Shown: positions 27,629 to 38,169 of the stretch, piece after piece | Layout of the letters: each line of letters opens with the position of its first letter | How positions within the stretch are numbered: the first letter of the stretch is position 1 | Assembly (NCBI GenBank): GCA_902588895.1 | Contig: CACIRC010000001.1 | Span: 17,948 to 81,947 of the forward strand | DNA length: 64,000 bases | Direction of reading: 5' to 3' | Source: an uncultured Pelagibacteraceae bacterium | GTDB lineage: Bacteria; Pseudomonadota; Alphaproteobacteria; Pelagibacterales; Pelagibacteraceae | Program-made: the position numbers and the translations under genes | The notes under the pieces: generated by a model | The model's database searches: none | What the model was told of the DNA's origin: nothing | What the model saw: the letters and a program-made list of their open reading frames with translations, nothing else

Positions 27629-30600
27629 ATGTATATAACTGAAGTTAGCATTAAACGACCAGTGGTAGCTTGGGTCATGTCTTTAATATTAATTATTTTT
27701 GGTATTTTTGTCTTTTTAGAATTACCAGTAAGAGAACTTCCTGATGGTATACAGCCTCCGGTAGTTCAAGTTCAAACCGATTATAAATCTGCTTCAGCTG
27801 AAATTGTTGATGAAGAAATAACTCAAAAATTAGAGGATGTAATTGGAGGAGCTGAGGGTATCAAAAATATTGACTCAAGTTCTCTCAATGGAAGAAGTAG
27901 GATTAATATTCAATTCAACACAGACATTAATTTAGATGATGCTGCTAATGATATTAGGGAAAGAGTTGCAAGGGTTGTAGATAATTTACCAAGTGAGTCA
28001 AACCCTCCACAAATTTTAAAACAGGCAGCAGGTTTTACAACTACAATGTGGGTAGCTTTATCATCTCCAACTTGGAATGATTTAGATCTTGGAGATTATG
28101 CTGAAAGATATCTAATAGATGCATTCTCAAGTGTACCAAACGTAGGTCGAATTTTAGTAGGTGGATTAAGAGAGCTTAGTGTTAGAGTTTGGATAGATCC
28201 AATAAAATTAGCTGCAAACAATCTTACAATTCAAGAAGTTGAAAGAGCTCTTAGAAATGAGAATATAAATCTTCCAGCTGGAACCTTAGAAGCTAATAAC
28301 AAAGACTTAACTTTAAACATTGATAAATCTTATTCTAATATTGATACAATTAAACAATTGCCACTTAAGAAAAATAAAGAAAAAGTTATCATTTTATCTG
28401 ATGTGGCTAATGTAGAGTTTGGACCTGTTTCAGAAAAAACTTTATTTAAAGCACAAAGAAAAAATGCAGTAAATTTAAAAACTGTTGGTATTGGTATTTA
28501 TGCTAAAAGTGGTGCATCAACGGTAGAGCTTTCTAAACAAATAAAAACTAAAATCAAAGAACTTAACAAATCCTTACCTGATGGATTAAAGTTAGAAATA
28601 GCATTTAACAGAGCAACCTACATTGGTGCTGCAATAGAAGAAGTATATAAAAGTTTAGTAATTGCATTTGTATTAGTTGTTTTAATTATTTATCTTTTTT
28701 TAGGTAACCTTAAAGCAGTAATAGTGCCTGCGGTTGCTTTACCAGTTAGTCTTATTGGATCATTTCTAGGGTTATATATATTTGATCTATCAATAAATAT
28801 TTTTGTATTACTAAGTTTTATTCTAGCAATTGGTATAATCACTGATGACTCTGTGATCATGACTGATGCGATCTATACAAGAATTGAAAATGGTGAAACA
28901 CCTTTAGTGGCTGCTTACAAGGGTTCTAAACAAATTACATTTGCAATTATTGCAACTACTTTAATTCTTATAGCCGTATTTTTACCTTTAATTTTTATTA
29001 AAGGAATATCAGGAACCTTGTTTAAAGAAACAGCAATAGCCTTATCTTTTTCAATTGTTGTATCTTCTTTTGTGGCATTAACATTATCTCCAATGCTAGG
29101 AAGTAAATTTTTAAACAAAAAAGAAAAAATTAATTTTTTTGTAAAAAAATTCAATAATGGATTCAAATCTTTCACAGGATTTTATGTAAACTCACTTAAA
29201 TATTGGGTGAATAAACAAAAAACTATTTCAATATTTATAATTTTAATTATTGCTGCCTCAGCTTATTTGTTTAGTTTTTCGAAAAAAGAATTAATACCAA
29301 TTGAAGATAGGGGTGCTTATTTAATTATTGGGTCAACTGATGAAGGAAGTTCATTTGAATATACCCAAGAAAAAGCCCAGATAATTGAAGGAAGAATATT
29401 AAGATTATTGCAGGCAGAAGACAGTCCATATGCAAGATTAATAATGAGAGTTCCTGGTTTTGGAAGATCTGCAACGTCTTATAACAGTTTTATAATTATT
29501 GCATTACTTGATGAGTGGAAAAATAGAGAAAAAGGTAGTCAACAAATACTAAGAGAAGCTATCGGACAAGTGGTTTCTGTACCTGAAACTTTTGCTTTTC
29601 CAATTTCTCCACAATCAATAAGAGTATCTAGTTATAATAAGCCTGTTCAAATGGTCATATATGGATCTAGCTATGAAGAATTAGAAGAAATTCAAAATAG
29701 TATCTTAAGAGAATTAAGAAAAAATAGAAATATGTCTAGAATTGAAAGTGATTATACAAAAAATAAACCTGAGGTTAAATTAATCACAAATAAAAACAGA
29801 GCAAATGATTTGGGGGTTTCTACTGAAAATATAGGTAGAACTTTAGAAACTCTTTATGGGGGAAAAAGAGTAACAACTTTCAGTAAAGAAGGAAGAGAAT
29901 ACCCAATTATTTTACAACAATATTTGGCTGACAGAAGAGATAAAGATGGGTTATCAAAAATTTTTGTTAGATCTGAAACCACTGGTAAACTTGTATCTGT
30001 TGCAAGTTTAGTTGAATTTAAAGAAAAAGGCACTGCTGAAGCACTTCCAAGATATAATCGTCAAAGAGCTGTTACAATTTCTGCTGCGCTTGCTGAGGAT
30101 TATACTCTAACAGAAGCAATAAAATATTTAGAGGATGTAATGATTAGAGTTGCACCTCAAAACCAAATAACTTGGAAAGGGAAATCTGAAGAGTTAAAAG
30201 AAACAACAAATGAAATATACTTAATCTTTGCTCTAGCTTTATTAACTGCTTATTTAGTTATGGCAGCAACATTTAACTCCTTTGTTCATCCATTTATTAT
30301 TATTTTAACAGTTCCATTAGCTGTATTTGGTGGCTTGGTATTTATTTTATTTTTAAATAGTTCGGTAAATATTTTCTCTCAAATCGCTTTAATAATACTT
30401 ATTGGTATATCCACAAAGAATAGTATTTTGATTGTAGACTACACAAACCAGATAAGAACTACCGGTGTGAAAATCCAGGACGCTATAATTAAAGCTTGCC
30501 AACTGAGAATTAGACCAATCATCATGACTTCTCTTAGTACAATGATAGCAATGCTTCCTTTGGTTATTGGTAATATTGGCCCAGGTGCAGGTGAAGGCTC

Positions 30601-30751
30601 TAGATTAGCTGTAGGTTCCACAATTTTGGGAGGTATGATTATTTCAACCTTCTTTACTTTATATGTAACTCCAACAATGTATTTAGCTCTAGCAAAAAAT
30701 ACTAAGCGTATTGATGCTGTTGATATTGAATTAAAAAAACAGCTAAATTAA
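27629..30751 (+). CDS. RND efflux transporter, AcrB/HAE1 family
   Basis: SIKRPV, GIITDDSVIM (twin Asp), KNSILIVD, RIRPIIMT. Confidence 0.93.
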   Translation: MYITEVSIKRPVVAWVMSLILIIFGIFVFLELPVRELPDGIQPPVVQVQTDYKSASAEIVDEEITQKLEDVIGGAEGIKNIDSSSLNGRSRINIQFNTDINLDDAANDIRERVARVVDNLPSESNPPQILKQAAGFTTTMWVALSSPTWNDLDLGDYAERYLIDAFSSVPNVGRILVGGLRELSVRVWIDPIKLAANNLTIQEVERALRNENINLPAGTLEANNKDLTLNIDKSYSNIDTIKQLPLKKNKEKVIILSDVANVEFGPVSEKTLFKAQRKNAVNLKTVGIGIYAKSGASTVELSKQIKTKIKELNKSLPDGLKLEIAFNRATYIGAAIEEVYKSLVIAFVLVVLIIYLFLGNLKAVIVPAVALPVSLIGSFLGLYIFDLSINIFVLLSFILAIGIITDDSVIMTDAIYTRIENGETPLVAAYKGSKQITFAIIATTLILIAVFLPLIFIKGISGTLFKETAIALSFSIVVSSFVALTLSPMLGSKFLNKKEKINFFVKKFNNGFKSFTGFYVNSLKYWVNKQKTISIFIILIIAASAYLFSFSKKELIPIEDRGAYLIIGSTDEGSSFEYTQEKAQIIEGRILRLLQAEDSPYARLIMRVPGFGRSATSYNSFIIIALLDEWKNREKGSQQILREAIGQVVSVPETFAFPISPQSIRVSSYNKPVQMVIYGSSYEELEEIQNSILRELRKNRNMSRIESDYTKNKPEVKLITNKNRANDLGVSTENIGRTLETLYGGKRVTTFSKEGREYPIILQQYLADRRDKDGLSKIFVRSETTGKLVSVASLVEFKEKGTAEALPRYNRQRAVTISAALAEDYTLTEAIKYLEDVMIRVAPQNQITWKGKSEELKETTNEIYLIFALALLTAYLVMAATFNSFVHPFIIILTVPLAVFGGLVFILFLNSSVNIFSQIALIILIGISTKNSILIVDYTNQIRTTGVKIQDAIIKACQLRIRPIIMTSLSTMIAMLPLVIGNIGPGAGEGSRLAVGSTILGGMIISTFFTLYVTPTMYLALAKNTKRIDAVDIELKKQLN

Positions 30752-31347
30752 AAAATAATATATTTTGAGGTTGATAAAGAATTTTTACATTCTGATAATT
30801 GTTGCTTATAAATATTTGATTGTTTCTCCACTCTTTTGGCTAGATTAATTACTTTTTTATTATTTTTATAATTTTTATAATTGCCCCACCCCTCATGATA
30901 AGCAATATACTGCTTGAAAGCATCTTTTTTTGAAACTTTTAAAATTTTTTCAGTTTTATTAGTATACCAACCAATAAAATCTACACTGTCTTTAAATCTT
31001 GTCCTAGCAGCAAGCTTATTCCCAGTTTCTTCTTTATATTGTTTCCACGTTCCTTTTACAGCCTGTGAATACCCGAAAGAACTTGATGGTCTCTTATAAG
31101 GCACTACTTTAAATAATTTCTGTCTAGGAGGTTTTGCTAACCAATCAAAACTGGATTCCATTTTTATAATTGCAAGCTGTAAATAAACTGGGGTTCCCCA
31201 TTTTTTCTCAGCTTTTTTTGCATGTTTATACCACATGTATCTTTCATTAAATATAGAACAACTATCTGCTGTATTTTTTGGAACAGAAGAGCAACCTGAA
31301 ATAAAAATTATTAAAATAAATAAATAATTAATTTTTAAAATTTTCAT
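30748..31347 (-). CDS. Lipoprotein with SLT-like lytic transglycosylase domain
   Basis: Lipobox ISGC, AIIKMESSF (catalytic Glu), GYSQA, YIAYHEG. Confidence 0.8.
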   Translation of the reverse strand: MKILKINYLFILIIFISGCSSVPKNTADSCSIFNERYMWYKHAKKAEKKWGTPVYLQLAIIKMESSFDWLAKPPRQKLFKVVPYKRPSSSFGYSQAVKGTWKQYKEETGNKLAARTRFKDSVDFIGWYTNKTEKILKVSKKDAFKQYIAYHEGWGNYKNYKNNKKVINLAKRVEKQSNIYKQQLSECKNSLSTSKYIIF

Positions 31348-31723
31348 TTTTTTTAAAAAAGTAAAATATAATTATGGCTATAATTACACCTGCTAGATTT
31401 CCAAACAAATCCGAAAATTCAAAACTTCTATTAGGCACAAAGTATTGTAACACCTCAAGTACAATAGATAAAAATATTAAATAAATACTTAAAATATTAA
31501 ATTTATTATTTTTTCTGAAAGTTAAAAAACCAATAACCGAAAGAACTATATATGCATATAAATGATTTGTTGAAATAATAAAATCTGGAGTTATTTGAGG
31601 CTGTAAACTTAAATCATTATATAAAAACCACCCTAGTAAGCTACCAGGAAATAAATATAAAATAATTAAAATCAAATTGCATAAATAAAAAATAAATTTA
31701 TATTTTGAAAAGTAATTAATCAT
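31328..31723 (-). CDS. VanZ-like membrane protein
   Basis: NH..AY, LEVLQYFVPNRSFEFSDLFGN. Start set at the internal ATG. Confidence 0.8.
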   Translation of the reverse strand: MINYFSKYKFIFYLCNLILIILYLFPGSLLGWFLYNDLSLQPQITPDFIISTNHLYAYIVLSVIGFLTFRKNNKFNILSIYLIFLSIVLEVLQYFVPNRSFEFSDLFGNLAGVIIAIIIFYFFKKNENFKN

Positions 31724-31768
31724 TAATAATATAGTTTTATTTATCAAATTGATTTAAAAGATAAACAA

Positions 31769-32476
31769 ATGAGTTATTTAATTTTAGTAAGACACGGTCA
31801 AAGTGTGTGGAATCTTGAAAAGAAATTTACTGGATGGGTTGATGTAGATCTGACAGAAAATGGAAAATCAGAGGCCAAAAAAGCTGGTGAATTAATAAAA
31901 CAAGAAAAAATTGAAATTAATGTGTATTACTCCTCTTTTCAATTAAGGGCTAAAAATACTTTAAAAATTATACAGGAAGAATTAGAAGATTTTAAAGAAG
32001 TAAAGAGTGCATGGGAATTAAACGAAAGACATTATGGAGCTCTGACAGGGTTAAATAAAGATGAAATGAAAAAAAAACTTGGAGAAGAAAAAGTTCATCA
32101 ATTTAGACGTTCTTGGGACCTTAGACCCGATCCTTTAGATAAAAAAAATCCATATCACCCACTAAATATTGAAACATATAAAAAAATTCCTTTAGAAAAA
32201 ATTCCTGATACCGAGTCACTAAAAGATACATATGAAAGAGTAATAAAATTTTATAGTAGCGAGATAGAACAGAAATCAAGTGAAAATATTCTTATTTCTG
32301 CTCATGGAAATTCCATTAGAGCTCTTTGCAAATATTTGTTTAATTTAAATAACAATGAGATCTCTAAACTTGAAATTCCAACAGGAAACCCACTTTTAAT
32401 TGAATTAGAAAACAGCAAAATTTCTAATTGCAAATATCTTGATCAAGAAAGAGCTAAAGATCTTTTAGTTTTTTAA
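31769..32476 (+). CDS. gpmA: 2,3-bisphosphoglycerate-dependent phosphoglycerate mutase
   Basis: LVRHGQS.WN, FTGW, LNERHYG, AHGNSIR. Confidence 0.95.
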   Translation: MSYLILVRHGQSVWNLEKKFTGWVDVDLTENGKSEAKKAGELIKQEKIEINVYYSSFQLRAKNTLKIIQEELEDFKEVKSAWELNERHYGALTGLNKDEMKKKLGEEKVHQFRRSWDLRPDPLDKKNPYHPLNIETYKKIPLEKIPDTESLKDTYERVIKFYSSEIEQKSSENILISAHGNSIRALCKYLFNLNNNEISKLEIPTGNPLLIELENSKISNCKYLDQERAKDLLVF

Positions 32477-33143
32477 AAATATCAAGATCAGTTAAATGAT
32501 AAAAATTTTTTTGGCTTTCATAACCAAATAACTTTTTTTGATCTAATAAATTATTCCAAATTTCCAAAATTGAGTAATTTTCTATTTTCTCTTTAATAAA
32601 TAATTTTTTATTAATTATTTGACATCCAATGTAAATAAACTCCTTTTCAGCCTCTTTGTTAATTAAATTATTTTTTAAATTAAAATCACCTTTTAACTTT
32701 TTATCAAAACTTAATTTTTTATTTACTAAAAGAAGAATGTTTTCTAATTTTTCAGAAAAATAAATTTTTTCCATTTTTAATATCTCATCTTTATAGTCAT
32801 TGCTCCAGATTGTATCTGGATTAAAAATTATAAAATCCTTTTCATTAGAGTCTTTAATCATATTTTGAATACCTCCCCCTGTATCTAAAATATGCTCACC
32901 ATCCTCAATTATTTTGATATCAATATTGAAATTTTTATTTTTTAAAAAAGCTGAAAATTGATCCTTTAAATAAAAAGTATTTATTAAGACTTTTTGAATA
33001 CCTAGTTTTTCGATTAAATTAATACATCTCTCCAGCATACTTACATCTTTAATCTCTAATAAGGGCTTAGGGGTATTTAAAGTAATTGGATTTAATCTTT
33101 TACCAAAACCTGCACATAAAATTAAAGCTGTATTTATTCTCAC
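32454..33143 (-). CDS. murU: MurNAc-1-phosphate uridylyltransferase-like nucleotidyltransferase
   Basis: ALILCAGFGKRL.P.T..PKPL, DTGGG; lies downstream of amgK. Confidence 0.75.
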   Translation of the reverse strand: MRINTALILCAGFGKRLNPITLNTPKPLLEIKDVSMLERCINLIEKLGIQKVLINTFYLKDQFSAFLKNKNFNIDIKIIEDGEHILDTGGGIQNMIKDSNEKDFIIFNPDTIWSNDYKDEILKMEKIYFSEKLENILLLVNKKLSFDKKLKGDFNLKNNLINKEAEKEFIYIGCQIINKKLFIKEKIENYSILEIWNNLLDQKKLFGYESQKNFYHLTDLDIFKKLKDL

Positions 33144-33147
33144 TACT

Positions 33148-34095
33148 CTACCTTATAAATTTTGGAAAATTATTTTTTAATAGCAAAATCAAATTATTGA
33201 ATTCATTTTGCTCTTTAATTCTATGATTAATCAATTCCCAAGCGTAGGGAATTAATTTAAGATATTTTTTTTTATTATCTCTTTCAGCTAAACGCATAAA
33301 TATACCAATTATTTTTAAATTCCTTAAAACGGATAATATTTCAAAATCTTTTTTAAATTTTTCCAAATCAATTTTTTTATTTGTTTTAATGTAAAACTTA
33401 AATACTTTCTCTTTCAGTTCATTAGATGTTTTTAATCTTACGTCGTCAATTAAAGATGCTAAATCGTAAGCTCTATTGCCAATTAGTGCATCTTGACTAT
33501 CTATTACTGCAATTTTTTTATTGTGATACATCAAATTTGAAACATGAAAATCTCTATGAACAAATGTAACATTTTTATAATTTAATTTTGATAATAATTT
33601 TTTTATCTCTAATCTAAATTTTTTTCTAAATTGAATACTTTTAGATTTAGACAATATCTTTGGTGCATACCAGTCACAAAAAAGTTTAGTTTCATCAAAC
33701 AAAATATTGTTTTTATATTCTTGAACTTTATATAATTTGTTTTTAAAATTTTTTACTTTTTTATCTTTTATTAATTGTATTTTATTTAAAATTTTTATTA
33801 TCTTTTTAAAAACAACATATTTATTATTCTTTTTGTTTTTTAAAATTTGAAACAAAGTTTGATCTCCAAAGTCATTTATTTCTATATAATTATTAATGTA
33901 ATTTTCACTTATTAAATTTGGTGCTAAAATTTTATTTTTAATTAAAATTTTATTTATCGCATCGTAAATTAAAAGATTTTTAAACTTTTCTTTCTTAGAT
34001 ATTACAATAATAGATTTATTATCTCTGTTTCTGTAAAATTCTCTAAAAGAAGCGTCACCTTTTATTTTTTTCAATTTTGCTAAGCTTTTCATCAA
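33148..34095 (-). CDS. amgK: AmgK-like anomeric MurNAc/GlcNAc kinase (APH family)
   Basis: GDASFR.FYR, HRDFH..NLM, IDSQDA, YDLASL, GIF.RL. Confidence 0.8.
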   Translation of the reverse strand: MMKSLAKLKKIKGDASFREFYRNRDNKSIIVISKKEKFKNLLIYDAINKILIKNKILAPNLISENYINNYIEINDFGDQTLFQILKNKKNNKYVVFKKIIKILNKIQLIKDKKVKNFKNKLYKVQEYKNNILFDETKLFCDWYAPKILSKSKSIQFRKKFRLEIKKLLSKLNYKNVTFVHRDFHVSNLMYHNKKIAVIDSQDALIGNRAYDLASLIDDVRLKTSNELKEKVFKFYIKTNKKIDLEKFKKDFEILSVLRNLKIIGIFMRLAERDNKKKYLKLIPYAWELINHRIKEQNEFNNLILLLKNNFPKFIR

Positions 34096-34108
34096 AATAG
34101 GTTTTAAT

Positions 34109-34558
34109 TTAAACTTTTATATCTACAGTTCTATCATTTAATTGATTTAAATAATTAAATGTTAAAGTTATAAATTTTATATCTTGTTTATCAGCTATTA
34201 ATTGTGGCCATTCTATAAGTGTTATTAATTTATTATCTTTTTCAAAAATATCTAAATTATTAATGTCTTCTTTCCTATTAATTCTAAATAAATCATAATG
34301 TTTTATTCTTATATCTTTCACCTGATACTCATTTAATAAACTAAAAGTAGGGCTTGTAATTTCTGTTTGTGTTAAATTATTTATTTTTTGATACTCATTT
34401 ATAAAATATTTAACAAAGGTTGTTTTACCAACGCCCAACTCTCCATATAAAAAAATAAACTCGCCACCTTTAAGATATTTTGTAAATTCTTTAGCTAATT
34501 CTTTAGTTAACTTCTCTGAAGTGATATCGATTGTGCTATCTTTAATAGCGATAGGCAT
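34109..34558 (-). CDS. tsaE: tRNA t6A biosynthesis ATPase
   Basis: [25 protein letters not shown]. Start is approximate. Confidence 0.9.
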   Translation of the reverse strand: MPIAIKDSTIDITSEKLTKELAKEFTKYLKGGEFIFLYGELGVGKTTFVKYFINEYQKINNLTQTEITSPTFSLLNEYQVKDIRIKHYDLFRINRKEDINNLDIFEKDNKLITLIEWPQLIADKQDIKFITLTFNYLNQLNDRTVDIKV

Positions 34559-35828
34559 CTGGTTTGAAAGGACCTTCTGTTCCAACGCTTATATAATCTG
34601 CTTGCTCTTTTGATAATTTTGTTAGTTTTGCCCCAACTTTTTTTAAATGCAAAGTTGCTACTTTTTCATCTAAGTGTTTTGGAAGTACATAAACTTTATT
34701 TTCATAATTTTTATGATTATGCCAAAGTTCTATTTGAGCAATAACTTGATTAGTAAATGATGCACTCATTACAAAACTTGGATGTCCAGTTGCACAACCA
34801 AGATTAACTAATCTTCCTTCAGCTAAAAGAATAATTCTTTTACCACTAGGCAACTCTATTTCATGCACTTGAGGTTTTACTTCAGTCCACTTATAATTTC
34901 TAAGAGCTTCAACTTGTATTTCATTATCAAAGTGACCAATATTACATAAGATGGCTCTATCCTTCATATCTCTCATATGGTCTGCGGTAACAATATCTTT
35001 GTTACCTGTGGCTGTAACAACTATATCCGCTCTACCTATAGCCTCCTCCATTAATACCACTTCATAACCTTCCATTGCAGCTTGGAGAGCACAAATTGGA
35101 TCTGCCTCAGTAACTAAAACTCTAGCGCCACTTTGTCTTAAGGATGCAGCACTCCCTTTTCCAACGTCTCCAAAACCAGCAACAATTGCAATTTTTCCAG
35201 ACATCATTACATCAGTAGCTCTTCGTATCCCGTCTACTAAACTTTCTCTACATCCATATAAATTATCAAATTTTGATTTTGTGACAGAATCATTCACGTT
35301 TATTGCCGGAACCAAAAGGGAATTATCTTTTTCCATTTTATTTAGTGCTTTAATTCCAGTAGTAGTCTCTTCTGAAACACCCTTAATATCTTTCATTAAA
35401 TCCTGATACTCGTTATGCATGATAGCTGTTAAATCTCCACCGTCATCTAATAACATGTTAGGCTTCCAGTCAGGTTTTCCAACTATAGTTTGTTTAATGC
35501 ACCATAAATATTCCTCTTCTGTTTCACCTTTCCAGGCATAAACAGGGATCCCAGCCTTTGCAATTGCAGCAGCTGCATGATCTTGAGTTGAAAAAATATT
35601 ACAAGAAGACCAACGAACTTCAGCACCTAATGCAACTAAGGTTTCGATTAGTACAGCTGTTTGAATTGTCATATGAAGACATCCTATAATCCTTGCACCC
35701 TTTAATGGTTTATCTTTAGAATACTCTTCTCTTAAAGCCATTAAACCAGGCATTTCACTTTCGGCTATTGATATTTCTTTTCTACCAAATTCAGCTTGAG
35801 CAATGTCTTTTACTTTATAATCTTCCAT
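34542..35828 (-). CDS. ahcY: Adenosylhomocysteinase
   Basis: [40 protein letters not shown]. Confidence 0.97.
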   Translation of the reverse strand: MEDYKVKDIAQAEFGRKEISIAESEMPGLMALREEYSKDKPLKGARIIGCLHMTIQTAVLIETLVALGAEVRWSSCNIFSTQDHAAAAIAKAGIPVYAWKGETEEEYLWCIKQTIVGKPDWKPNMLLDDGGDLTAIMHNEYQDLMKDIKGVSEETTTGIKALNKMEKDNSLLVPAINVNDSVTKSKFDNLYGCRESLVDGIRRATDVMMSGKIAIVAGFGDVGKGSAASLRQSGARVLVTEADPICALQAAMEGYEVVLMEEAIGRADIVVTATGNKDIVTADHMRDMKDRAILCNIGHFDNEIQVEALRNYKWTEVKPQVHEIELPSGKRIILLAEGRLVNLGCATGHPSFVMSASFTNQVIAQIELWHNHKNYENKVYVLPKHLDEKVATLHLKKVGAKLTKLSKEQADYISVGTEGPFKPDAYRY

Positions 35829-35835
35829 GGCAAGC

Positions 35836-35863
35836 TTTATACAGCTAAGTATTTATTTATCAA
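35836..35863 (-). promoter_or_regulatory. Sigma70-type promoter implying a leaderless ahcY mRNA
   Basis: TTGATA, 16 nt, TATAAA, 7 nt, ATG; no SD. Confidence 0.55.
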
Positions 35864-35870
35864 GAAATGA

Positions 35871-37412
35871 TTAAACATTGGGAAATCTTATCTCTATCAT
35901 TGCTCCTTCTTTATCAATACGATTAGATGCTACAATTTCACCATCGTGGAGTTCAACCAAGTTTTTTACTATATTTAAACCTAGGCCTGAGTGTTCTCCA
36001 AATTTTTCAGGTCTATTACTATAAAATCTTTTAAATATTCTTGATGTATCTTTTTCTTTAAATCCTTGTCCCTCATCAATAATTTTTATTGATATTTGAT
36101 TTTTTCCATTAACAGAAACATCAACAAAAACATTAGCACCATCTTTACTAAATGATATTGAATTATCTAATAAATTTGCAATGATTTGTTCAATTCTGTT
36201 TTCTATACCATTTATTAAATATTTATCCCTTCCGTCATTTTTATATTCAATTTTAACTCCTTTTTTCACTTGATGAATATTGTTATAATCATCAACAACA
36301 GATTGAATAATAGGTTCAATATCAATTTTTTTCATTTTTTCTTTACTTAAAGCAACTTCATCCTTTAACATTTGAGAATAATCAGTAATTAATCTTTCTA
36401 TTCTTTGAACATCATGACTAAGTATATTCAATAATCTATTTCTTTGTTCGCTATCATTTGTGTCTTGTAAAATTTCTGATGCACTTTTTAAAGATGCTAA
36501 TGGATTTCTAATTTCATGAACTAAATCTGTCGAAAAGTTTTCTGCATGTGTAACTCTATTTTGAAGCTCATTTGTCATATCCTCTAAAGAATTAGATAAA
36601 AGTCCTAATTCATCATTTCTTTTTTTTAAATTTTCAATACCTGGTTTAATTTGGCTTTTTTCTTTGATACGAATTGTATATCCAACGAGATTTTGTATTG
36701 GTTTGATAAAATATCTGCTTAAAACAAAAGAAAAAATTAATATTACAAATCCTACAGATATAGCTGTTCTTATTACAAATGCTTTTCTCTCATCTATCGC
36801 TGTCTTTATTTCATTAGCATTTTCTGAAATAGCTACATAACCAAGATTAATTTCATTCTTTGTAACATTCTTAATTGTTGTTACACTGAATTGATTAAAA
36901 TCTTCTTGCGTAAATGTGTAAGGAGCTCCTAAATTTTCAGAACTAGAATAATTTTTTAATATATCTTTGAATGAAACAGGTTTTTTTTCATCAATTTTTA
37001 TATTTTTTTCCTCAATAGTTTTTTTTGTTTCTTCTTTATCTAAACTTTCAAATTCAATTTTATCAAGTCTTGTAGAGAATGATCTTGGATCAAGATCTAA
37101 AGTATCGGTGTCACCAATAAGGTTAAGTTGATCATCAAAAAATATTACTCTATCTAAATTTTGAAAAATAAACCTTGTAGAAAATAAAAATCTTCTAATA
37201 TCGTCAGATTGGAATTTTACATCAAGCCTTAAAATATTATCAATAGTGTTATTAATTATGTTTGTGTGATTTTGAGATTTTTTTTTTATTAAACTTGGCT
37301 GAATATTATTTAGATATATGAATGTAAATAGTCCAATAATTGTAAAAATTACTAAATTTATAAATAAAAATTTCTTTAATATAGAAAGAGTTTTTAAGTA
37401 TTTACTAAACAT
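35871..37412 (-). CDS. chvG: Sensor histidine kinase ChvG/ExoS
   Basis: Two TMs, HAMP (DELG.L), HEIRNPL, NLLDN.ISFS, HSGLGL; follows chvI. Confidence 0.88.
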   Translation of the reverse strand: MFSKYLKTLSILKKFLFINLVIFTIIGLFTFIYLNNIQPSLIKKKSQNHTNIINNTIDNILRLDVKFQSDDIRRFLFSTRFIFQNLDRVIFFDDQLNLIGDTDTLDLDPRSFSTRLDKIEFESLDKEETKKTIEEKNIKIDEKKPVSFKDILKNYSSSENLGAPYTFTQEDFNQFSVTTIKNVTKNEINLGYVAISENANEIKTAIDERKAFVIRTAISVGFVILIFSFVLSRYFIKPIQNLVGYTIRIKEKSQIKPGIENLKKRNDELGLLSNSLEDMTNELQNRVTHAENFSTDLVHEIRNPLASLKSASEILQDTNDSEQRNRLLNILSHDVQRIERLITDYSQMLKDEVALSKEKMKKIDIEPIIQSVVDDYNNIHQVKKGVKIEYKNDGRDKYLINGIENRIEQIIANLLDNSISFSKDGANVFVDVSVNGKNQISIKIIDEGQGFKEKDTSRIFKRFYSNRPEKFGEHSGLGLNIVKNLVELHDGEIVASNRIDKEGAMIEIRFPNV

Positions 37413-38119
37413 TAGCTAACATTCCATCTATATCCACTACCATACCTAGTTTCAATAGCTGAAAAATCAGGATCTACTTTTTTAAATTTTTTTCTAATTC
37501 TTTTTACGTGACTATCAATAGTTCTATCCTCAATATCTGTATCCTCTCGGTAGGCTATATCCATTAGCTGGGCTCTTTCTTTAATTATACCAGGCCTCTT
37601 TGCTAATTCTTTAACTATTAAAAACTCAGTTGTTGTCAATTTATCAGGTAGCTGTTTTCCGTTCCATTCACACTCGAGTTGTGATGGATCTAATTTTAAT
37701 CTTCCATGAGATATCAGGCTTTTATTTTCCTCTAGAATATTATTTGAATCTTTTTTTCTTAACTGGACTCTAATTCTTTCAATCAAAACTTTTATAGAAA
37801 AACCTCCTGATTTTTTTACAAAATCGTCTGCGCCTAGCTTTAGACCTAACAACTCATCAATTTCATCATCTTTAGATGTTAAAAAAATTACTGGTAAGGA
37901 AGTTTTTTTTCGAAGTTTTTTTAGTAATTCTTCTCCATCCATCTTTGGCATTTTTATATCAATGACTGCTAAATCAGGGGGCATTCTGGTCAAACCAATT
38001 AGTGCACTTTCACCATCAATGTATGTTTGAACTTTGAAACCCTCTTTTTCTAATGCGATACTCAAACTTGTTAAAATATTTCTATCGTCATCTATCAAAG
38101 CTATTGTTTGTTTTTGCAT
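37412..38119 (-). CDS. chvI: Response regulator ChvI
   Basis: IALIDDDRNILTS, DIKMP, FLTSKD, DRTIDSHVKRIR. Confidence 0.92.
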   Translation of the reverse strand: MQKQTIALIDDDRNILTSLSIALEKEGFKVQTYIDGESALIGLTRMPPDLAVIDIKMPKMDGEELLKKLRKKTSLPVIFLTSKDDEIDELLGLKLGADDFVKKSGGFSIKVLIERIRVQLRKKDSNNILEENKSLISHGRLKLDPSQLECEWNGKQLPDKLTTTEFLIVKELAKRPGIIKERAQLMDIAYREDTDIEDRTIDSHVKRIRKKFKKVDPDFSAIETRYGSGYRWNVS

Positions 38120-38169
38120 AAAGTAATTTAAAAATACTAAATTGTCCTAATTTGGGCAATGTTATAAAT

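Noticed and set aside
35829-35870. SAH riboswitch upstream of ahcY
   Set aside because: The spacer is only 42 bp and is filled by promoter-like boxes.
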